Source: Candidatus Limnocylindria bacterium
Lineage (GTDB): Bacteria > Patescibacteriota > Saccharimonadia > Saccharimonadales > JAGQNK01
DNA length: 64,000 bases
Direction: 5' to 3'
NCBI GenBank assembly: GCA_035489815.1
Contig: DATHJH010000012.1
Location: forward strand, 1,359 to 65,358
Position 1 is the stretch's first letter; the number at the start of each line of letters is the position of its first letter. Positions 16,524 through 24,870 of the stretch are shown here, in pieces. The position numbers were made by a program, and so were the translations under genes. The notes below the pieces were generated by a model that saw only the letters and a program-made list of their open reading frames with translations, ran no database searches and was not told the DNA's origin.

Positions 16524-17402
16524 GTGACCGTCAGCATATGGCTCGGCTACGCGAAAGATAAGCTGGAAACTGCCGGAGTTGGCACAGCCCGCCTGGATAG
16601 TCAGCTCCTGCTAGCCGACGAACTAGAGCACGATCGCAGCTGGCTGCTTGCCCATACGGAAACCGTTCTGACCGAAGAGACGCATACCAAGCTGGACAAA
16701 CAGCTTGAGGAAAGGGCAAAGCATGTTCCTCTTGCCTATATAAGGGGCAAAACCGAGTTCTACGGTCGGGAGTTTCTGATAGATCGACGCGTCCTGGAGC
16801 CTCGCCCGGAATCCGAAACCATGATAGACATCCTCAAAGGATTGCCCGGTGCTGACGGTGCCATGGAAATCATTGACGTTGGTACTGGCTCCGGCGCCCT
16901 CGCCATCACAGCCAAGCTTGAGCTGCCCAAAGCTACCGTCATTGCCACCGACATTGACCCTGGCTGCCTGCAGGTAGCCGAACAAAACGCCGCTAAGCAT
17001 CATGTCGCTATTCAGTTTGCACAAGGCGACTTGCTGGAACCGGTAAAAAGTGTACCAGGCCTGTCGGTTATAACTATCGCCAATCTCCCCTACGTTCCAG
17101 ATGACCACCAGGTAAATGCTGCCGCCCTGCAAGAACCGCGTACAGCTATCTTTGGCGGGCCTGACGGACTCGACCCTTATCGAAGGCTTTTCGCGCAAGC
17201 GGCAGAATTTTCCGAGCGTCCAAGGTATATCCTGACCGAATCATTGCCGCCGCAGCACAAACAGCTTGCCTTCATCGCTGCAAGGCATGGGTTCCGCCAG
17301 ACAAAAGAAGACGACTTTATTCAGGTTTTCGAGGGTGGCCACCAACAAGGCGTCGCCTACAACCCGCAGGCCGAAACACCGGCCAGCACTCCTGGCACCT
17401 AG
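16524..17402 (+). CDS. prmC: release factor glutamine N5-methyltransferase PrmC/HemK
   Basis: 292 aa, GTG start. SAM motif IDVGTGSGALA. Catalytic tetrapeptide present as NLPY (IANLPYVP) instead of NPPY. Confidence 0.9.
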   Translation: MTVSIWLGYAKDKLETAGVGTARLDSQLLLADELEHDRSWLLAHTETVLTEETHTKLDKQLEERAKHVPLAYIRGKTEFYGREFLIDRRVLEPRPESETMIDILKGLPGADGAMEIIDVGTGSGALAITAKLELPKATVIATDIDPGCLQVAEQNAAKHHVAIQFAQGDLLEPVKSVPGLSVITIANLPYVPDDHQVNAAALQEPRTAIFGGPDGLDPYRRLFAQAAEFSERPRYILTESLPPQHKQLAFIAARHGFRQTKEDDFIQVFEGGHQQGVAYNPQAETPASTPGT

Positions 17403-17417
17403 CCTATGATTCCGGGT

Positions 17418-18605
17418 CTATGATTCCGGCGCAGCCTTCAGCCGGACCTTGACCTCTTGCTCTTTGCCGTCCCGGATGATTGTCAGTGTCACTTCTTCGC
17501 CTACCTGGTGTTTCCCTACAAGTGAGGTGAGACTGTTTTTTTCGTTTATCTGCTCGCCCTGGACCTTGGTAATGATATCTTTTTCCTTTAGGCCCGCTTC
17601 CTGGGCCGGGCTGTTTTCCAATATCGAAGGCTGGCCGTTGCGACCGGGAGCTACATAAGCCCCGCGTTTTGTGTCCAGGTTAAGTTCGTAAGCATAGTCG
17701 TCAGTTAAAGACACGTACCTTACGCCTAAATAAGGGCGCTCCAGCTTGCCTTTGGCTAAAACAGTATCAATCAGCCCCTTAGCGTCGTTGATGGGTATAG
17801 CAAATCCTATATTTTCTGCCCCCTCGCCTGCCACGGCAGTATTGATGCCGATGACTTCCCCATTGATATTAACCAGCGGTCCGCCAGAATTGCCCTGGTT
17901 GATAGCTGCATCTGTTTGAAAGAGATTTTGCAGGGACTCACTGCTAAAACCTGTCGAGTCTGACGCCTGGACATCACGACCATACCCGGAAATAATTCCA
18001 GTTGTAACAGAATTTTGGAATTGGCCAAGGGCGTTGCCAATGGCTACTACCTTGTCACCCACCTCCATCTTACTGGAGTCACCCAGTTTAACCGGCTTCA
18101 AAGCTTTGCCCTTGGTATCTTTGATCTTTAGAAAAGCCACATCAAGAGGATCGCCTTGGCCGGTTTTACCAACAATCTCTATTTCTGTCAGTTCCGTACC
18201 GTCAGCAAGCGTAACTGTCACTTCGCCCCCATCAGACACAACATGTCTATTGGTTACTATGAGACCGCTGGAACCTACGATAAAACCTGTACCCGCACTT
18301 TGCTGCTCGGTCGGCCCAAGGCCAAAGAATCCGCGTTCGCCGCTGGATCGACTTGTAACATTCACCGACACAACACTTGGACCAACGTCCTTGGCTATCT
18401 TACTGATCAGCTCACTTTCATTTAGGACAATCTGCTGGCTTGTCCGGGCATCAAAAGCACCCTCATGGTTCGCCCTGGAACCCGCCCAGCCACCTACAAA
18501 TCCAGCAGCCGCGCTGACCAGCACCAGCAAGGCGACCCCCAAAGGAACGGCACGCTTGCGCACTGAGCCTGTAAAATCTTTGGCCGAAAACTTCATGTTA
18601 TTCAT
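17418..18605 (-). CDS. htrA: HtrA/DegP-family serine protease with one PDZ domain
   Basis: 395 aa. N-terminal TM, trypsin-like triad context (TNRHVV, GNSGGPL), C-terminal PDZ (SPAQEAGLKEKDII). Confidence 0.9.
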   Translation of the reverse strand: MNNMKFSAKDFTGSVRKRAVPLGVALLVLVSAAAGFVGGWAGSRANHEGAFDARTSQQIVLNESELISKIAKDVGPSVVSVNVTSRSSGERGFFGLGPTEQQSAGTGFIVGSSGLIVTNRHVVSDGGEVTVTLADGTELTEIEIVGKTGQGDPLDVAFLKIKDTKGKALKPVKLGDSSKMEVGDKVVAIGNALGQFQNSVTTGIISGYGRDVQASDSTGFSSESLQNLFQTDAAINQGNSGGPLVNINGEVIGINTAVAGEGAENIGFAIPINDAKGLIDTVLAKGKLERPYLGVRYVSLTDDYAYELNLDTKRGAYVAPGRNGQPSILENSPAQEAGLKEKDIITKVQGEQINEKNSLTSLVGKHQVGEEVTLTIIRDGKEQEVKVRLKAAPES

Positions 18606-18652
18606 ACTTGCCCCCTTAGCTGAAAATTTACTGAAAATGGCGAAAGATAGTC

Positions 18653-19420
18653 TTATAGGGCTTTGTCACCCCAGTCAGAAAACGTCAGCACAATTACCAC
18701 TATGGCCACCATCATAAGTATGAACTGTTTACGCCACATGTCAGACAGCCTGTCAGTTTGATCAAGGTAATACATAGCTGCAAGCCCATAGCCAATAACC
18801 ACAATCAACAACGTCGGCTGAGCTAATACATTGTAAAACAGGAGCCAGTGCCCCAGTATCCAAATCAGTGCAGCAGCAAAATACCCCCAGATATGTGAAA
18901 ACAGCAGCGCGTACGGCTCATCAAAGCTTGTGAAGAAATGCCGGGCACACAAATAACAAATAAACCAACTGGTCACTATGAGTCCGTACAGCGGCATATC
19001 GCCAGAAACCAAAAAGAGCGCCATAAGCGCCGCCAGCTGGGCGACCACTGCCTGCAATGAAACCTGCAGCGTACTGGAGCCTGGTTTTAGAAATACCAGC
19101 CACAGACCGTACGCTACAGCCCAGACGACCTGCCACATACCTACGCTCGTAGAGGACATAAATATGACGACTGATAGACCGACCATAATATCTACTGCAT
19201 TAGCCCGTACATTTGCCGGCCAGTAGCGGATGCGGACCGCGAACATGCGCCACTTGCTCAAGATAATGAGAGCCGCGGCCAACGGCGCAAAGTCAATCCT
19301 GACCAGTACATACAAAAGGACTGGCAGGAGAGCGTTTAAGCCAATATGGGCTACATTAGCAAAACCACTCTTGGGTCGAAGGCTTCTAGTTCGCGAGACG
19401 AGTTTGTTCATTCTGTCCAA
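18653..19420 (-). CDS. hypothetical polytopic membrane protein
   Basis: 255 aa with about 8 hydrophobic helices. No family recognised. The start overlaps the end of the LCP gene. Confidence 0.5.
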   Translation of the reverse strand: MDRMNKLVSRTRSLRPKSGFANVAHIGLNALLPVLLYVLVRIDFAPLAAALIILSKWRMFAVRIRYWPANVRANAVDIMVGLSVVIFMSSTSVGMWQVVWAVAYGLWLVFLKPGSSTLQVSLQAVVAQLAALMALFLVSGDMPLYGLIVTSWFICYLCARHFFTSFDEPYALLFSHIWGYFAAALIWILGHWLLFYNVLAQPTLLIVVIGYGLAAMYYLDQTDRLSDMWRKQFILMMVAIVVIVLTFSDWGDKAL

Positions 19421-21128
19421 GTATTATAACAAAGTCCGAAACACCGGGAGTTATCTTAGTGTCAGGCGGCAGACTTGTAACCGCTGTGGTACCGAAGCGA
19501 TTTTCCAGGTAACGTCTGGTGTATTTCTTTGTACCGTTACTTAAATCAACCACAATTGTTTTTTGAACCCCTTTGGTCGGAGAATCCCCAACCGTTGTGA
19601 TGTTATAGCCGTAGGACTTTAGGTCATCCGACGTCCGTCCGGCCAACCCCGCGATGCTCGTGCCGTTGTAAAGAGCCACTTTTGCGTTTTCATGAGCCAA
19701 AAAGCCATCCTTTAACCGGTTGCGTACATAGTGCTGGATCTCTTTGTAATTGTCTACGCCAGCCCGGGGATACACAACCGATTGACCATCAACCATACCG
19801 GTTGTGACATAGTTATTTGGCGGATCTGCCAGCCCCACAGAAGCAATCTTGTTACTCGGTACCTGGTTCCCGATCTCATACAGCCGCCTTACTTCATTAA
19901 GAGCCAGGTTCGTTCTAACGTGGTGCCCAAAATCACCCATCAGCTGGCTGATTTTTAGAGGATTACTATAAGTCCCTGCGCTAAAGATTTTATCCTTCAG
20001 CGCTACCATAATCATTCGCTGGCGCTCAGAACGGTCGAAGTCACCCCGGGGACTGGTGTACCGGGAACGGGAGTAAGCCAGCGCCCGCAGCCCGTTAAAG
20101 TGTGAGCGGCCTTGTTTGACATTCAGGGTGTAGTTCTGACCCATAATCCACATGTTCTCATATACCACACCAGTTGCCGGAACATTCACGTCAATGCCTC
20201 CGACCGTGTCTATAGCCTTGGCAAAGCCCGCAAAGTCAATCACGGCGTGGTAGTGTATGGGGATACCAATTTTTGAACGAATGACGTCTTCGACAGCCTT
20301 AAAGCCGGCGTCCTCGGCCTTGCCTACCCGACTATTGTCACTTGAGCTGGAGTTAGCGAGTGCGTTATTTTTTGCATTGGCAAAAACGGCGTTTATCTTA
20401 GATGAACCGGCGGGCGTCTGCACGTAGAGATCGCGCGGAATACTTAACAGTGCTGCTTCTTTTTGGATGGGGTTGATACTGGCAACCACAATGGTATCTG
20501 TAAGGTCAGCGCCTTCGTGGCCTTCGCCACCGCGGCCCAGCAGTAAGATGTTTACGCGGCCATCGCCCTCTCCCCGCAATAGTGATGGATCAACGTTATC
20601 CTGCAGTGCAACAGCGCCGCCGCCGCCCTGGAATATCTGTCCGGCCAGCCACCATGCCCGGCCACCAAAAAAACCGCCAATAAGCAAAACAAGTATTGCA
20701 AAATTTGCAAACGCCCGTTGCTTTGTCCAGTTTCTCCAGCGAAACGGATTAAAGAAAAACAGGTTGCGTATTCGCCGGAAACGTCGCTTTTTCACACGCG
20801 CAGAGTGTGTATGGTCGTGCTGAATTTTGCCTGAAGCAGTACGGGCCGGCTGCCTGCCGGTTCCAGTGACGGGTCCGGACGGTCCAACCGCACGTGAAGT
20901 GCGTTCTGCAGGGTGAAAGCCATCAGTAGAGCGAAAATTACCAATTCGTGAGTGAGCAGCTTTGTAGGCGTTACCCCTCTTTAGCTGTGGCGCCGGACCC
21001 ACCTGTCGACCACTTGCCGACCTGATGAATCCATCAGTGGAAGAGGAGTGATCAGAACGCGACCTGTATCTTCGAAAATTATCCATTGAACTCATTTCAT
21101 ATCTCGCTTCCGATGCCAAAGTTGCCAC
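19386..21128 (-). CDS. LytR-CpsA-Psr (LCP) family cell-wall glycopolymer transferase with LytR_C-like C-terminal domain
   Basis: 580 aa. Long basic cytoplasmic N-region, one TM, LCP core (NILLLGRGGEGHEGADLTDTIVVASINPIQKEAALLSIPRDLYV). Start uncertain: GTG at 21128, or ATG at 21095 or 21086. Confidence 0.85.
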   Translation of the reverse strand: MATLASEARYEMSSMDNFRRYRSRSDHSSSTDGFIRSASGRQVGPAPQLKRGNAYKAAHSRIGNFRSTDGFHPAERTSRAVGPSGPVTGTGRQPARTASGKIQHDHTHSARVKKRRFRRIRNLFFFNPFRWRNWTKQRAFANFAILVLLIGGFFGGRAWWLAGQIFQGGGGAVALQDNVDPSLLRGEGDGRVNILLLGRGGEGHEGADLTDTIVVASINPIQKEAALLSIPRDLYVQTPAGSSKINAVFANAKNNALANSSSSDNSRVGKAEDAGFKAVEDVIRSKIGIPIHYHAVIDFAGFAKAIDTVGGIDVNVPATGVVYENMWIMGQNYTLNVKQGRSHFNGLRALAYSRSRYTSPRGDFDRSERQRMIMVALKDKIFSAGTYSNPLKISQLMGDFGHHVRTNLALNEVRRLYEIGNQVPSNKIASVGLADPPNNYVTTGMVDGQSVVYPRAGVDNYKEIQHYVRNRLKDGFLAHENAKVALYNGTSIAGLAGRTSDDLKSYGYNITTVGDSPTKGVQKTIVVDLSNGTKKYTRRYLENRFGTTAVTSLPPDTKITPGVSDFVIILGQNEQTRLAN

Positions 21129-21249
21129 ATTGCGAGTGGCAATTCGTTCCAGTTTCCCTGGCGTACCCGTAGGTACGGCCGGGAAGCTGGGGCGGATTGA
21201 CGCCGGAATGGGCGGTTTTGGGATGGGATGGAGATATGAAATGGGTTCA
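21089..21249 (-). promoter_or_regulatory. structured 5-prime region of the LCP gene
   Basis: A 19-bp inverted repeat (21089-21107 vs 21231-21249, 1 mismatch) brackets the candidate start codons. It also brackets a long GC-rich hairpin (21149-21190, core GTACC-CGTA-GGTAC) and a 7-bp hairpin (21122-21142) that covers the GTG. Confidence 0.3.
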
Positions 21250-21378
21250 TAGTGATTGTCTTAGTATATCGTTTATGCTCTGGGCAAGTAAAATTGTTTT
21301 CGACAAATTCCGGTGTTGCTGTGGATAGCGAATTGCAACCTTTTAGGCTATAGTTGAGTTCTGGATAACACGATACCT

Positions 21379-22038
21379 ATGCAGCAAAACTCTATTTTAT
21401 CACAGTCGCCAGATCAGGAAAGCCAGCCCTCACCTAAACCAAGTGTAGGGAATCTACAAAAGCGCGAAGGCTTTAAGAACGCTGCTTCCACTATTCTTAT
21501 ACTCATCATCGCCCCACTTATTGCCCTTTTTTTGACAGCATTCGTATTTCAGTCATATGAAGTGGATGGAGCAAGCATGGAAACGACCCTGCAGGATCGT
21601 GACCGGCTGATTGTCTGGAAACTTCCACGCACGATCTCCCGGATCACTGGCAATGCCTTCATACCCCCGCGAGGTGAGGTAGTAATATTCATTAAACATG
21701 GTATAGAGCAATATGATCCCGGGCAGGACAAGCAGCTTATCAAACGGGTCCTGGGGTTACCTGGTGAGCGAATTGTCATCCGTGATAATCAGATTACTAT
21801 TTATAATAGTCAGCATCCTGAAGGCTTCAACCCGGACACTCAGGGGCTTTATACGCCCGTCCAAACCGACGCTCCAGTCAATATAGATCTCATCATACCG
21901 GATGGGGAGTTATTTGTTGCAGGAGATAATCGGCCAAACTCCCTTGATTCCCGCGCCTTTGGAACCGTACCCGCTAAGGACATGATTGGCACACTGGCTT
22001 ACAGAATATTTCCCCTTAATAAGGCCAAAGCTTTTTAA
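21379..22038 (+). CDS. lepB: signal peptidase I
   Basis: 219 aa. TM anchor, GASMETTL (catalytic Ser box), KRVLGLPGERI (Lys box), GDNRPNSLDSR. Confidence 0.9.
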   Translation: MQQNSILSQSPDQESQPSPKPSVGNLQKREGFKNAASTILILIIAPLIALFLTAFVFQSYEVDGASMETTLQDRDRLIVWKLPRTISRITGNAFIPPRGEVVIFIKHGIEQYDPGQDKQLIKRVLGLPGERIVIRDNQITIYNSQHPEGFNPDTQGLYTPVQTDAPVNIDLIIPDGELFVAGDNRPNSLDSRAFGTVPAKDMIGTLAYRIFPLNKAKAF

Positions 22039-22120
22039 TTTTTTAAATCCCAACGACGATAGCCGCAACGGCCAGGACAACGCCCGCCATAGGCATCACC
22101 CCTCTGACATGCCGGGCAGA

Positions 22121-22975
22121 CTAGATTTGGCTGAAACGACCCAAAAGCGCTTCCAGCTCCTCATCACTTTTATAGTGAATCTCAAGCCGTCCGCCTTTGG
22201 CGGTTCGCTTTACAGTCACCCTTGTTTTTAGCCTTTCGCCTAGCGATTTCGTACCCGTCGTCTCTGAGACGGTAGCTTTGGCCGCTTTTTTAACTTCTGC
22301 ACCTTTTTTTATACTCGTTACAAATTGTTCAGCCTGGCGCACTGACCAGCCGTACTTCATGATAGAGTTCAGCAATTCAACCTGCTTGTTAGAGTCGTTC
22401 TTTAACGCCAGGATAGCACGGGCATGACCTTCAGTAATCCTGCCTTTCTGCAAAGCAGTACGCGCATCGGCCGGCAAGTTTAATAGTCGCACAATATTAT
22501 GAACCGTAGAGTGGGCCTTGCCTAAACGCTCGGCAATAGCCTGGTAGCTGAAGTTAAATTGCTGATGAAGCTTTTCTATAGACACAGCCTGTTCAAGTGG
22601 TGCCAGGTCAACGCGTTGTACGTTCTCTATAAGCGCGACCTCCAGCTGCTCCAGTTCTTCACGCTTACGAATAATCGCAGGCACCTGTTTCAGCCCGGCA
22701 ATCCGGGCAGCCCGCCAGCGTCGCTCGCCAGCCACCAGTACATATTTGCCGCCTCTTGGCGAGACAATAAGCGGCTGAAGTATACCGTATCGTTCTATAG
22801 ATGCAGCCAGCTCGTTCAGGGCCTGTTGATCAAATGCTCTGCGCGGCTGATCGGGATTTTGCCGAATATCAGTAACGAGTAACTTTTGTACTCTATCACC
22901 GCCATCGCCCAGTATTGTCTCATCAAAGTCGGTCGGGATGAGTACATCAAGGCCCCTGCCTAATCCTTTGCTCAT
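22121..22975 (-). CDS. parB: chromosome partitioning protein ParB/Spo0J
   Basis: 284 aa. GLGRGLDVLI, NPDQPRRAFD, ILQPLIVSP, GERRWRAA and HTH region. Overlaps the parA stop by 4 nt. Confidence 0.9.
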   Translation of the reverse strand: MSKGLGRGLDVLIPTDFDETILGDGGDRVQKLLVTDIRQNPDQPRRAFDQQALNELAASIERYGILQPLIVSPRGGKYVLVAGERRWRAARIAGLKQVPAIIRKREELEQLEVALIENVQRVDLAPLEQAVSIEKLHQQFNFSYQAIAERLGKAHSTVHNIVRLLNLPADARTALQKGRITEGHARAILALKNDSNKQVELLNSIMKYGWSVRQAEQFVTSIKKGAEVKKAAKATVSETTGTKSLGERLKTRVTVKRTAKGGRLEIHYKSDEELEALLGRFSQI

Positions 22976-23724
22976 TTTTTCATCACCTCTTTAGTAAGTT
23001 GTTTATAGGCCCGCGCACCCTTTGACCACTTATCGTGTTCAGAAATAGGCTTGCCATGGCTCGGGGCCTCGGCCAGCCGCACATTTCGTGGAATGATAGT
23101 CTTAAATAATTTGTTGCCAAAATGTTTTTGCAATTCACGATACACTTGCTCGGACAGGCTTGTGCGGCTGTCGTACATTGTTACTACCACACCCAAAAGT
23201 TCTAGATTCGTATTGAGCCCTTGGCGAACTCGCTGCATAACACTCATCAGCTGACCCAGACCTTCCAGCGCGTAGTATTCAGCCTGGACTGGAATCAACA
23301 ATTCATCTGCGGCGGTCAATGCATTTATGGTCAGCAGACCAAGTGCCGGAGGACAATCAATTAATACATAGTCGTAGTCTAATCCGGTCGTGGCTTTTTT
23401 CAGCAAAAGTTCGCGATTAGGTTTATTCACTAACTCAACTTCCGCAGCAGCAAGCCTGCTATTTGTTGGGATTATGTTAAGCCGGGGGGTTTCAGTTTCG
23501 TGGATAGCAGTTACGATCTCGCCAGGCTTAAACAAAATATCATAACTTGTAGTTTCTAGAGTCTCTTTGTTTAAACCCAGACCACTTGTAGCATTACCTT
23601 GCGGATCAAAGTCTACTACTAAAACCCTCTCACCCGCCTTGGCTAAGTACGCCCCCAGATTTATAGCGGTGGTCGTCTTACCAACACCGCCCTTTTGGTT
23701 CAGAATTGCGACTATTTTCCCCAT
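22972..23724 (-). CDS. parA: chromosome partitioning ATPase ParA/Soj
   Basis: Deviant Walker A NQKGGVGKTT. Start trimmed to the ATG (MGKIVAILNQ). The ORF-track start at 23745 is a TTG. Confidence 0.9.
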   Translation of the reverse strand: MGKIVAILNQKGGVGKTTTAINLGAYLAKAGERVLVVDFDPQGNATSGLGLNKETLETTSYDILFKPGEIVTAIHETETPRLNIIPTNSRLAAAEVELVNKPNRELLLKKATTGLDYDYVLIDCPPALGLLTINALTAADELLIPVQAEYYALEGLGQLMSVMQRVRQGLNTNLELLGVVVTMYDSRTSLSEQVYRELQKHFGNKLFKTIIPRNVRLAEAPSHGKPISEHDKWSKGARAYKQLTKEVMKK

Positions 23725-24028
23725 CGTATCTCTGTTTTCCCTCAAAACTAATACCTTAAGCGTAACATTTTCACACGTTCCAGTAAACGTCCTTATCTGT
23801 TAGACTACTTTGAAAACTACTTTTTTCACTTATTTTCGACCTTATTCAGGGGTAACTATTTGCACGAATCATAATGTCGCAAAATATTAGTGATGAAATC
23901 ACCGTTTCCCATTAGCGTACTGCACTCACATGCCAGCGTAGCCTTCGGCACTCGGCCTCGTCAGTACACCAGACAAGACCTCCGAGGTACCCTCATAGAA
24001 CTAGCCGGATAATGCTAGTTTTTATCCA

Positions 24029-24808
24029 CTACTGTCTGGAGGGATTCATCTGGTTTATGTAGAATTTCCATTCCTCGTCATCTAAGTTTTTGTTAGCCTG
24101 GATGAACACGAGCACCTCGTCTGTGGCAAAGATGGCAGTTTGTGTCTTTGCCTCTTCATCCGTTGCAATGTAGGCCATGCCTTTCTGCGTCTCAAGTGAT
24201 TTATCTGCCTGTATAGATTTGACTATGTTAGCTAACTCACCGGGGTTGGTTTTGACTTTTTCCGGGAGTGCCTGCTGGCTGATGGTCAAAACCGCGCCGT
24301 TATACTCAGAGTCGTAGCCAAGCACCTTCTTATCTTCGTCATACCGATACTTTGAATCGTCCGTCTCACCCTTAACCTGTGCAACACCCTCCAGGGGTAC
24401 TAGAGGCGTAAATGCTTCCTGGACCTTATCTACTACACTGACAGGCTTTTTCGCCTCAGTTGCCGCCTGTCGGGCCGAAATGACCTTGAACGCGCCGACA
24501 ACCAGTACCAAACAGGCAGCAGTACCAGTTGCCATGAAAATATGTTTCCGGTGGGATCGGTATAATTGCCTGGGATCGGGCAGCCTCACCTTAGGGATCG
24601 CAAGTTTGAGGTTTACGACTACCTCTTTGTCGCTGACCTCCTTGCCTGTCTGGACCCGTGGCTGCTCACGCCGATCCTTAGCCTGCGGCCTTTGCGCGGC
24701 TATTTTCTGCTTGAGCTCCTTAGAAACAGGCCGATTCTCCGCCTTGCGCCGAAGCATCTCCCACTCAGGATCATTGTCAAACCAACTGCTCGGTATCTTA
24801 TTCCCCAT
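24029..24808 (-). CDS. hypothetical single-pass membrane protein (last gene of the giant-protein locus)
   Basis: 259 aa. Basic cytoplasmic N-region, TM IFMATGTAACLVLVVGAFKVI, and an extracytoplasmic globular domain of about 150 aa. No family recognised with confidence. Confidence 0.5.
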   Translation of the reverse strand: MGNKIPSSWFDNDPEWEMLRRKAENRPVSKELKQKIAAQRPQAKDRREQPRVQTGKEVSDKEVVVNLKLAIPKVRLPDPRQLYRSHRKHIFMATGTAACLVLVVGAFKVISARQAATEAKKPVSVVDKVQEAFTPLVPLEGVAQVKGETDDSKYRYDEDKKVLGYDSEYNGAVLTISQQALPEKVKTNPGELANIVKSIQADKSLETQKGMAYIATDEEAKTQTAIFATDEVLVFIQANKNLDDEEWKFYINQMNPSRQ

Positions 24809-24870
24809 ATCCCTACCATTCTACCCTAAGCATAGACAGAATGAGAATACCGCGCCTCTGCTGCCAACGA

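Noticed and set aside
22043-22096. 17-codon minus-strand micro-ORF (MPMAGVVLAVAAIVVGI) in the lepB/parB convergent gap, preceded by GAGGGG
   Set aside because: It is too short to support from sequence alone. The SD spacing is poor for the first ATG, and hydrophobic peptides arise easily by chance in GC-rich spacers.
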